From NCBI GenBank assembly GCA_027604505.1, contig JADIIX010000073.1:62001-110563 (forward strand): 48,563 nucleotides of DNA, given 5' to 3'. The position numbers and the translations under genes are program-made. The notes below the pieces were generated by a model, which saw nothing but the letters and a program-made list of their open reading frames with translations, searched no databases and was not told the origin of the DNA. The DNA is from Gonapodya sp. JEL0774 (lineage: Eukaryota). Of the stretch, positions 12,173 through 22,810 are shown piece after piece (position 1 is the stretch's first letter; each line of letters opens with the position of its first letter).

Positions 12173-15100
12173 TCATGTAGTCAGTGCAGAGATTTTGAAG
12201 TCAATCGACTAACAACATTGCATTGTGCAAAGAGAAAATTGCATTGTGTAAAAAGATTAACGAAGTATCAGTGACAGTACCTAGCGAGCGCACTTAGTCG
12301 CAAATGTTGAGTGCCCACCTTCCTGATTGCCAGAGTAACCTGGATATCATATCTCCCACGACGTTTTGCTGGGTCTGAGTCGTAAATCGCCCACTTCGCT
12401 GGATCATCTTTCGGTGAGAGAAAGGACTATTATCTTTGCCGCTCGCCATATCGAGATCACCAGCTTCGACTCAACCCACCCTCGTTCACGAGTTGGAAAG
12501 CAAACTTTCGGACCACCGTGGACAAAATAGTCAATGCTTCCTGTGTGGCCATGTTCATGCCAAGCTGATCGGTGGAGAACGAAGTGAGCGACGTTCCAGA
12601 TTTGGAAACCCGATCCGCAACTGCTTACACATATTCTTGGACCGGCGTGGAAGACCTTGGAGGGAGCGATCATGAGTCATGCTGTGTGAGTGGTTCAGAC
12701 TGTCCAATGAAAACATACTGGCCACTTGTACGCGTTCTCTTTCAACAGGTTTCCGTTTTGATCAAGCCATCTCTCGGGTTTCAACTAAATGACAGAATTT
12801 TCATCACCGACTGATATGATTCATGCAACAGCAAAATCGTCAGTTGAGAACTCCATTCAAACTGACCTCTTGTGCATCAGGGCCCCAAATCCGTTCCAAC
12901 CTTCCCATGACCCACGGCTGATATTCCAATGGAGTAGAAAGAGATTGAAATTCTCCCCACCAGTTATTACTACACTCGCCTCCCAGCTCACCGAGAACGT
13001 GATCTGCTGACCAGCATACACCTTCGTCTGCGTCCCGGGCAATATGTCGTCCTTTGTGGGGAACTTGAAGTTGAACGGCACATTGGCGTGGTACCTCAGT
13101 ACTTCGTTAAAAGTCGCGTTGCAGTATTTCAGGTCCTTAATATCGGAGTACTGGCAGACACGATCCTTTCCCAACACCGAGAAGCATTCTGCGCGGACCT
13201 TGGCGAGAATGTCGGGGTGGCGGGCGAGCTCGTAAAAGACCCAGGAGAGTGTCTTGCGGCAGGATGGGACGGGGCAGTCGGCAAGGACAATTTCGCTCAA
13301 GACATTTCCGCAAAACAAACCTGGGCGGTCGTGTCCTGCAGGTGTTGCAAGTGGTCAGGTTAAGCAAATCGGGGGAAAACTCACAGAGGTACCACTCACC
13401 CGTCCGGCTGTGCAGATTACAAATGAAATGAATGGAGTGAATCATGCGAGTGAGTAGGCAAGCTAGGCGACGCACAGTTGTATCACATCTCACCGACAAC
13501 AAAGTTGATCTACGCCGAACGGGAGGCGACAGAATTGTACCATCAGGATACTGGTTCCTTGAACACATCACAAATCAAATTTTGTCGACAAAACACACTC
13601 ACCACAACGTCTTGTAGCTGTTCGTCGGTAATAGTGGTACCGTCTTCATTCTCGGTCACGAGGAAATAGTCGAGCTGACCATCGTGGAGAGAAAACGGAA
13701 TGTCATCCGATCCGCGGTTGCGAGACAGTTCATCACGCACCAACACCAGCAATAATAAAATGACAACAATGGCACATAATCCCAGTCTTTAAACACCAAC
13801 ACCCCAAGAATACTCACGAGATCCTGTGCCGGCCTATCCTCCGCTGGACCCGAATCACCACGCTCGGCCCGAATCTTGCGTTTCTCCTCGATAATTGTTT
13901 GTGCATTGTTTCGGAGAACTCTGTGAAACGACGGGCGGTGATCATGGGAGTAGCGTTGTTGCGGAAGGGGGAAGGGAGACATCCAAAAGCGCATGCATGG
14001 GTTTGAGTAAGCCACTCCTGCCGCATCTCGATTGCACACGCACGATTTACACCATTCCATTTTGTCGTGGCGGCCGGTGAGTTTTTCGACAAGTTGCCAG
14101 AATGGGAGAGAGAAACGTTGTGCGACGATATTGTTGAGGGTGTCAAAGCTAAGATGTGAGGTGAGAGAATCGCGTGCGCTGAGATAGGCCAGGCGGTATC
14201 CAAGTGCAGCCGTGACTCACGCTGTGGTGAACTCGACTTGGGGGAGTGTCTTTTGGCGGCAAGCGAGTATGTCGCGAATCAATCCGCATGTTTCCTTGCC
14301 TAATAACCCCCATTCACGCATGCATCACCCATACCCACGTATTTCCCATCCACAACACTAGGCGTGCCATCCAAGCACCCCTTGTGCTTCCCCATTGCGA
14401 TTTTCAAGAACGAGTCCATGGTGCTCCGGAGCAAGAGGTCTTGGAGGTCCACCGGGGCTCCCATTTTCGCTGCGGAGGTGAGGTGGGAGGAAAGCTTGAG
14501 GGCGTCGGATTGGAATATCGGTGAGTACTTCGTACATGGTAGGTGGTGACGGGGGGCGGGGACGGGGGGGAACATTTGGTGGCAGGGTGAAGGGGTTGGT
14601 GGTGGAAAGGAGACGATGATAGTGGTTGGGGACTAGCTCACAAAGTCGCGGAAGTTCTTGACGTTGAATATGTTGCTGGCGACTGTGAGAGAGAGGCAGT
14701 AGGTCGGAACGGAACAGTTAAGATGTAAAATGTGGCGATTCTCTCAGTCCAAATGCAACAGAGGCGAACATGAACATGTGTACCTTTCCTCTGGACTTTC
14801 CACGTGTCGCCGTCGTTTGAGAAAATGCCGAAGTTGCCAAAAAGATCCTTGTTCATTTCTTTCATTCCAGCACCCTTCTCATACAACCAGGGGTCGCGAA
14901 GAATGTGTTCTTAGATACCATGCGGGCAGAGATATTCAAGTCGTGGATGTTGGGGTAAGGAAAAGTAGGAAAAGTAATTTCACATTTATGGGCAGGGCGA
15001 TACGTTTAATACAGAGGCCCGAGCTTACCGAGGTCTTGGACATTTGATATGAAGATCTGGATCAAAACGTGTTTCATCGGCACGCGGTGAGTGTGTTGAG

Positions 15101-15499
15101 TGAGTTTGAGGGGCCGTTTCTCACGCACAAGAAGAGACTCACCATGTCCAATGCGTTGGGATACTTGGGCATTGTAATCCTGAACACCTCGCCTTTTTTG
15201 AGAGCCTGCTCATAGAGAAATTCGTACAACCACGGTCCCGCCTTGGCAAGCGTCAGCATGCCGCCCAAGACTGGGACACTTCCATCAACTGCGGGGTTCC
15301 AGTTTCCATGCAATTGTTTTTCAGCAAGCTCTCTCGCGATTATCAGTCGGCGCGATCGAAATTAAAATCGCAGACACTTACCGGTTGGAATGTTGGGACA
15401 ATCTCTTGTGCCAACAGCGCGATTTGGATACTTGATCCAGACGTAGGCCGCCAGCGCGACGAGGAGGAGAAAGCCGTAGATCACAAGTGGGACTGCCAT
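12173..15499 (-). CDS. Cytochrome P450 (CYP52/CYP86/CYP704-like, fatty-acid hydroxylase type), about 20 exons
   Basis: N-terminal TM anchor; GIFSNDGDTWKVQRK; I-helix INFVVAGRDTTAQTLSW; K-helix FNEVLRYH; KPERW; heme motif FHAGPRIC|LGMNMA; ends AIRK|SIDFKISALTT*. Confidence 0.93.
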
Positions 15500-16099
15500 T
15501 TTCTTCAGAGTGCAGAGCTCTTGATCAAACAGAAACCAGAGTTTTCGATATATCGGTCGGTTTGCTCCAGGCCGTTTGCCGAGTGGCGCAGTAGAGCCTT
15601 AGGGTGGAGTGTCTGGCATTCAGCAAGTTCCATGCCAACAGTCAGTGGCTGATTGGCTCTGAACCTGCTACGATATACCATGGTAGGTAGGAGGAAAGCG
15701 CTGCTGAAGTTACATTCTTAAACAAAGAGACGGCTGTGGGCGAGGTCATGATGAACCAGATCAACGAGAGCACGAATGTATGGAGATAGTTGCTGCTTGC
15801 TCCCTTCACGTAATACTTTCGACATTCTCGACTGTTGCTTGCGCCTGTATCACGTACGTTTACCTGGCACAGGAGGCGGTTTATGGCTTAAGGCAATTTT
15901 TGACCTATGCTTCATAAAGTCACTCTCGATAGTAAGTATTGAATTCATAGAGAGGGGCTAAATCAATGAATCGGAATCGGATTCTTCGCATGTTCTGTTC
16001 TTACCCTTCCTTGTTCGGTTTTTGTGTTTGCGAGTGACCACAGTAACTACATTAGTTTGTCTCGCTCTTCCTTGTCCCTTCTCCTGCACGTTCATCGGA

Positions 16100-17820
16100 A
16101 TGCCCAAGACAACACTATTTGTTGCCGGTATGTTTCTGACGCTCCAGCTGGTCTGTTTGCTTTTTCTTCCCACGCCCCGCTCTCAACTCGCAATCTTTTT
16201 CCTTGCCATTCCGTCCCATTCAAGGATTCGGCTCAAGCACCAGAGCTCGCGACTTGGCCCACGAATTTGAAAGGTGTGTTATACTGACTCACAAATCGCG
16301 CCTGCCTGTCGTTCTGGCCTTGGGCTGCGAATGTTCGTGGGGCGAGTGTGGTGGTCCTCTTGCTTCGCACACTCGATAGAGAGCAGCGGCGCTCTGAAGC
16401 CGGGGCGCTCTTAGACATCGTTTTGCCACGCCCTTTTGCCATTGGAGTTCTGTAGCTAGCTCGACGACGCCGCCGCCTTTCCTGTTCCCCACCTTAATTC
16501 CTATTGTCTTTTCGCAAACGCACGGACACCGTTCGTTCACGGATGTCAAAGGATCGGAAACGTAAAAAAAAGAGCTATTCGCTTTGTTTTTTCATTTTTG
16601 TGGTGATAGTGGTGGGCGCAGTCTCCCCCGTGACCTTCTTCTCGCTGGACGTGGAGATACTTGGCCTTGCGTTTCTTCGAATAGCGACGACGACGCCGCC
16701 GCCTTGCCCAAATTCTGTGTTCCACCGCGACTCCACGGGCCACCTTCCAAATGAGATGCTTGAATATTGGGGAATCATATGACTCTGCGAGTGGGATATT
16801 GGAAGGGCCTAGCCGAAATCAGTTGGATTTCTTTGTTTCCTTGTTCATATTTCTCAGTCGGATGGCGGGATCCTACTTTTTCCGTGACCTTACCCCATTC
16901 CCTCACCAATCCACAACAACTGTCTCACCATCTTACCTCCTTGCGTCCTGTCCTCACCTTCTCGACCAACCCACCCACCACCACCCACACTACCACCCCC
17001 ACTTTTCTTTCCTGTTCACCCCTCAGGTTTGGCCGCCTCGTCCGCTGCGACATCCCTGCCCCTCGTACCTCCACTTCCAAGCCCTACGCTTTCGTGGAGT
17101 ACGAGGACCCGAGGGACGCTGAGGACGCGTACTACGAGATGCACGGGAGGCATGTGGACGGGTACAAGCTCGGGATTCAGGTGCGTCGGTCGGTCGGGGG
17201 ATGGACGAGTACCATTGCGGGAGGACCACCGTGGCGGGATAGTGGATGGATCCTAGTCGAGGGGGACTTTGGGCGCAAGCAAGGATTGAAAATGCTGGCC
17301 ACTGTGTTATCCCTTTGGGTTCGTTTGTTTACCTGCTTCACTGCACGCTCTTGGCAACAAATCAGACGCTGTTCACTGGCTTTGTGGATCACGATACTCC
17401 TGCTTCATTGTTGACTGTACCGTAGCACATACTCACACCGCGAAACCCCCCACCCCTCTTGCCATGGTCCAAATTTCACCCGACTCACTCCTCCAGTGGG
17501 CAAAAACCGCCCCTTACCGTACCCGCTCTCGCAGCCGCGACCGCAGCCGCGACAGGAAACGCCGCCGCTCCCGGTCCTCCTCCCGCAGCCGGTCCCGCTC
17601 CCGATCCCGGTCGCGCTCCCGCCGCCACTCACGTCGAAGCCGCAGCCGCAGCCGCAGCAGGGACAGGTCCCGGGACAAGTCCAAGTCGCGCGAAAGGTCC
17701 CCCGTCAAGGGAGACGTGCGGAAGTCCAAGTCGCCCGATCCGGACAGGGGGAGGAGCCCCACGCCGAGGGAGGACGGAGATGGACGCGCAGATGGGAGTA
17801 AGGATCTGATGGATGAATGA
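16100..17820 (+). CDS. SRP1: SR-family splicing factor (single RRM + RS domain; fungal Srp1 / SRSF3-SRSF7-like); exons 16100-16127, 16225-16273, 17027-17180, 17497-17820
   Basis: [39 protein letters not shown]...[21 protein letters not shown]...GIQ|WAK followed by RS dipeptide repeats. Confidence 0.92.
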
Positions 17821-18203
17821 GTGGTGGAGGGGTTCGACATGTTAGTGTTGGGGGAGTTGCGAGCGTTTTTCGATAGTTTTTCCGCGCGGGGTGAGCTTGA
17901 AAGCTTAGGGGCAAGTGGAGTAGATGGATGCTTGTTTTTCGCCTAGGCCATGGTTCAAATAAATAAAGTACTGATGCTCCTCGACCTTTTGATGTTGTCC
18001 AGAGGTGTATGTCCACGAGTCAGCCACCACACAGTTCAAGGACCTGAGAGCACCGATTTGCAGTGCAGCGTCGGCGGAGGGTAACCATCTGAAGGTCGTT
18101 CTCCCGCAGCCGTTCCTTTCTCTACGCACTTCCGACATCATGAGCACTGTGCTCGTCTTGAAACAATACATGCCTATTTACATAGAGCCTCCATTTCTGG
18201 GCA

Positions 18204-19381
18204 TCATTCGCCCACCCATCGTTGGGCCAGGTCCTTACACCGCTCGAACAAGGTCATGCTCAGGGCAGTCATGGGAGCGTGGAACAAAACTCGAGCAAGA
18301 GAGCCGCGGAAGAGGGCGGGCGCGCCTTCGGTGCGGACGATCGAGGAGAGACTTGTTTCATTGGATGGTGGGAGGTGACACAAATGCAAACAGCGCCAGG
18401 TCAGGGACGTTGCTCCTTCCCCACGGCCACAACCCCCCGAACTACCGACTCACCCGTCCACCACTCCACGATATCGAAACGAAAATGCGCCCGAACCCGC
18501 ACCAGCATCAGCTCCTCGCTGGACCTGCAAGCGCAACTTGACCATGTCCAACGGACTAGTGATCCACGCGGCAACTCCTCCTGCTGCACACGCGGTGCCG
18601 ATTTGCCAGGGCAGAGGGAGCAAAAAAACGGCATCGCCGCCAAGGTGGCGCTGTGATTGGGATTTGAGGAGCTCGTAGAAGGTGAAGTACAATGCGCTGA
18701 ATGGGCCGAAAGAAGCGATGGTGGCAAGGTAGCCGCGGTAAAGGCCCGCAAGGCCCTCGCCACGGGCTATTTGGCGAAACGCGTCCAGTGTTGTTGCATA
18801 ATACACCGACGAGCCCCCGGATCCCATAAGTCGTCGTTGCACTTGCATGCGCTCCTTCACAACGTCGATGGGCACCCATAAAACACAACTAAATCCCTCG
18901 GCGACCATTCCGGCTGCAAAAAAAGTGACTGGAAGGGCAAGAGTCGGGAAAGAGCGCTGGAGGGCATCTTTGGTCATCTCGTATGAGGTAAAGTAGAGCA
19001 TAGAGGCCGGGGCACTGCCCAGAAATGTGAATGGAAATCCCCGATATAGAGCGAGCATGCCTTCGTTTCGGATCGTACTGAGGGCGACAGAGGTGATTGT
19101 AGGTTTCACGCTTGGAGCTCCAGGAGTTGCCTTCATTGACGACATGACCTGCAAGCGCGCTTTTATCGTATCAATTGGATGGACAGGAACTGGAGGGTCA
19201 CCATGTTTTTGAAGAAGTGTTGGTTGGAAATACGAGACAGGAAGGATCCCAGCGTCCTGGGGAATGTGAGAGCGCATCGGTAGACCCAAGACTCACTGCG
19301 CGCCAGCATTCCCGCCATGGCCGACCCCAACATTGTGGGCACATAGTCCTTTTCGCCTGCAGTACCACCGCCGGCCACCAT
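18204..19381 (-). CDS. Mitochondrial carrier family (SLC25) protein, substrate uncertain (MME1/SAM-carrier-like), 3 exons
   Basis: Three PxDxxKxRxQ signatures: PIDTIKARLQ, PIDVVKERMQ, PLDMVKLRLQ; ends LFRGSLARVLFHAPMTALSMTLFE. Confidence 0.92.
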
Positions 19382-19512
19382 TAGTTGTTCTAAAAGTAAC
19401 GCTGGTTACAGGTTGTAGTTTATGTGAGAGGAACCATTTGTAACAGCAGACCCGCCCAAACCTTCTAGATCGATCTTCTCCTGCGGATCACACTGTTTAA
19501 ACGAAACCCTTC

Positions 19513-20421
19513 ATGGTCCGCGTAAAATCACGATGGATTCTTTTCCAAATCCAATTTTACCCGGCAGACGAAGCAGCGGCAACGGCAGGGCCTTCCTATC
19601 CCATTGTGCTCGAGTCGATCCACGCCGGGACCATTTCTGGAGTGCTGAGAGATAGCGTGGAGTATTTGTTTGGATCACTGGCAGGAGGAGTGGCTGTTAA
19701 TGGCTTGAGCGGTGAGCAACGCGTGGATGTTTTCGACTTCATTGCCAAAGGTCTTCACCTCGCCATTCTGATTGAACATGGCCCTTTCTACCTCCATCTG
19801 CCCTGAAATACTGGATAACCTCTTCATATATCATTAACATTACCTCAGTCAAGTACTACAATCCCCTGACCGGCGTGGGCATCCTACGATGCCATCGAGA
19901 TCAACACCGACTAGTCTGGGCCGCCCTCACCTTTGTAACTCGAATTCGACAACAACCCTGTAAAATAATCGTCACGAGTGTGTGTGGGACTGTGAAGAAA
20001 TGCCAGATGGCGGCGCTGAGGTGGGACAGGCAGGCCGTGCTCGAAGTGAGATCTAAAATGGGTGAGTTCTGCAGGGAGCTGATGAGGGATCTTGCGGTAG
20101 TCTCTTGGTGGACGCAACATATTGAATTCTATGAGTGGAGGCTCTCGTGAAAGTCGAAATGTGTTGGTCCTTACCTCAGACAGGTTGCCAATACGGAAAA
20201 AGGAGGTGGTTCCTTGCTTGTTATCTATTCCCCCAGTGAGCTTGGGTTGCATCTCAGGACAATAGAGAAACTCTAGACGAAGCGCTGGCAAATGGACCTT
20301 TTTCTGTGTCCATCTCGGAGAGTTAACTAAACGGCCAAACCTCCCACTAGCCCTGAACGACGAAGAGACGAAGAAACGTATCGAAACGTCGCGTCGAGAT
20401 ATCGCGGCTATCGATGGATAA
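19513..20421 (+). CDS. POP5: RNase P/MRP subunit Pop5 (Rpp14/Pop5 family)
   Basis: MVRVKSRWILFQI, LRDSVEYLFG, VKYYNPLTGVGILRCHRDQHRLVWAALTFVT, VCGTVKKCQ; the last exon ALNDEETKKR...AIDG* is inferred. Confidence 0.88.
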
Positions 20422-20794
20422 AATCTGATGAATGTGGTGGTGTCGAACATTCGCAATCCCACAGTCAAAAAACACTGTAATCGTGCTGGCTGTTTGACAT
20501 CCATAATACCCACTCGCCACTACTGTAAATATGCACTGCATAATGAATATGAAGGAGGGTTGATTGGTGAACTCTTTCGGGACCGAGGCTAGTGGAAATA
20601 CACTGTTTGATGGCGATTTGCATTGGTACAAAACATGTCTATGAAAGAGCTGCGGAAGAATTTTGACAGAAAACACGAAGAGTATTTGACAAACGTAATG
20701 AACACATCTCTCCCAAAACCGATCTCACAGGCGAAGTTGCAAATGTTTTGCGATGTCAACCCTGTGCAATTGACTGAGAAAGCAGATGTACATC

Positions 20795-22207
20795 TCAACG
20801 AGTGCGACTTTTCTGCGCAGATTCCTTTCCCTTCTCGATTGCTTCTCTTACAGATTCCCAAGCAGCAGCGACTGAACCGACTGTTACGGAGGAAGGACAG
20901 TCGCAAACGCAAGGAACCACAAATGTCACCTTTATTGACAACAGAAAGGATTCGAAACATGAATTTCGCACCACTTAGCTGAACGTTTGCGTTGGCCTTT
21001 TGGCTTCGGTGCTCGACAGACTATGGAGTGATGTCGGGTAAAATCTGTCATTCTGAGGTCTAAACCCCCCCCCTTTGGCCATTGTCAAACTCACTGTCGC
21101 GATCTTGTACTGCTCGCCAAGTTCCCGCAACCTTTCTTGAGCACCCGCACCGAGGGACTTGCGGAGTTTGGGAAGAATGGTATTTTCTTGAGTCGTGACA
21201 TGCACTGGTATTCAATGTCCAAATATAAATATTGATAAACCGCGGGATCAAACGATACTAGACGTTACCTTTAAAGTCCACTAAAGAGACGAAGTCAATT
21301 AACATTTCGCTTGACAGTATGTCGAACAATATCGCACATGTACGCACCCATGATGTCACTCAAGAGGCCCTCAAAGGCTTCCCCGCGGATCTCGCTACTC
21401 TCGAGTTTCCGCAGCTTTCCCATGATCTCATAGTGATCGTCTAAACCTTTATCTGCTTCATCGATCTGCGCGATCGAGAGAAAGGGGTCACATATCCATT
21501 CCAAGAACTGGGCGGATCGCGCGTCGTAAGCACACACCTGGGGGTACAGAACAGATTCCTCAGCGGCAAAGTCAACTGCAATTCTACGGACAAATTCGAG
21601 TAGCAGATGGCGTTTGTCCACTGGATCATCTGCAACCATGTATCTACGGAAAATAGACATGACAACAGGGGGTCATGAAAATTGAAGGTAACGCTGACAG
21701 CACATATGAGTATACATACCTGCTGTATGCCGCGAGAATGGTGCGGTGATTTTCTGCTATCGCGACATCTATCTCCTGTGGTTCGTGATCGGGAGACATT
21801 GATGGTGAATCATGTCCCCACAAAATCTCAAAACGTAGACACCTCAAAACAGGGAGCCCCAGCTGTTGCAGTGAAAAAGATAGATCTATTGGAAGAAAAC
21901 ACACCTTTGGCGGGGTCGTGCGCTTCCGTGGCTCAGGCTTGTATGGCTCCTCGTCGAACAACAATCCATTTTCCACCCGATATCCAACTTCCCGGTGGAT
22001 GATCGGCTCAATCGTGGCATCAGAGCTACCTATTTGCCGTGCTTGGGATGATGATGATATCAGTCGGCCTGTGTTATGAATTGACGGAATGTGAACCGCT
22101 CCAGGAACTTCAAGAGCGAAGCCAGGTAACAGTTGCCAGCCGGACAGATGGGGGACGGGAGCCCGAAAAAGCGAGGAAGACGCGCGAGTAAGAGTGATTG
22201 CTTGCAT
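20795..22207 (-). CDS. Hemerythrin/HHE-domain protein with a mitochondrial-presequence-like N-terminus; multi-exon, including a 12-nt exon at 21269-21280
   Basis: IAENHRTIL...RRIAVDFAAEESVLYP...DDHYEI...HVTTQENTILPKL matches the HHE spacing; the 3' exons are inferred. Confidence 0.75.
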
Positions 22208-22810
22208 TCTTGTGGAAATAGTTTGACAGGAAAGTTTCGCTGAGTGATCGACCACGTCACGTTTTTAGTGTGGGAGGTCAGGCTGGCACCATAAACCCCG
22301 ATGAGGCACAATCACGCCAATATCATAAGCTCTCCATGAGTAACACGCTGATTCTACTTCTACATGTTTCCAGACAATCTCATACTGTAATGTGCACATT
22401 CTGTTTTCTACATAAGTCGTGCTGAGCTGTTCTTTCGGGAAGTACCTTAATAGTACGTCGTAGATGTCTTTCTCTGTGTTTGGGTGGTTGGTACCGGGTA
22501 ACTTTGTTGGCTTTGGGAAGCTTGAGAGTTGATTCTCTTATTAGTCTTTTAGACATAGCTTTTGGACTCCGCAGATATAGGTGATAACAACGACCTCCTA
22601 AAACAATTATTGATACTCTTAGGGTTTTTATGTACCAGTCTATCTAATAGTAAATCTTACCAACAATATAAAAACAAAAATGTCACACGATCTAAATTTA
22701 TAATCGTACGTGTGTTTGCAATTTCCATCTCCAGCACAATCCTCCCTCCCATCTCCATGCAAGGACCTGACCAACAATTGTCACACAGAGCCCAAAACTC
22801 ACAACTGCTT

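Noticed and set aside
12209..12318. Recursive AG|GT splice site (12282-12279) within the last P450 intron
   Set aside because: The first sub-intron would be only 38 nt; a single 110-nt intron explains the gene equally well
15749..15860. Box C/D snoRNA starting at ATGATGA
   Set aside because: No box D (CTGA) or terminal stem at a suitable distance
17405..18016. Multiple overlapping ORFs around the RS domain
   Set aside because: Alternate-frame and antisense products of the GC-rich RS repeat
20623..20982. 119-aa plus-strand ORF between Pop5 and the hemerythrin gene
   Set aside because: Overlaps the inferred last hemerythrin exons in antisense and has no motif support
21466..21537. 72-nt in-frame stop-free intron in the hemerythrin gene as a regulated exitron
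   Set aside because: 24 stop-free codons are common by chance; no further support
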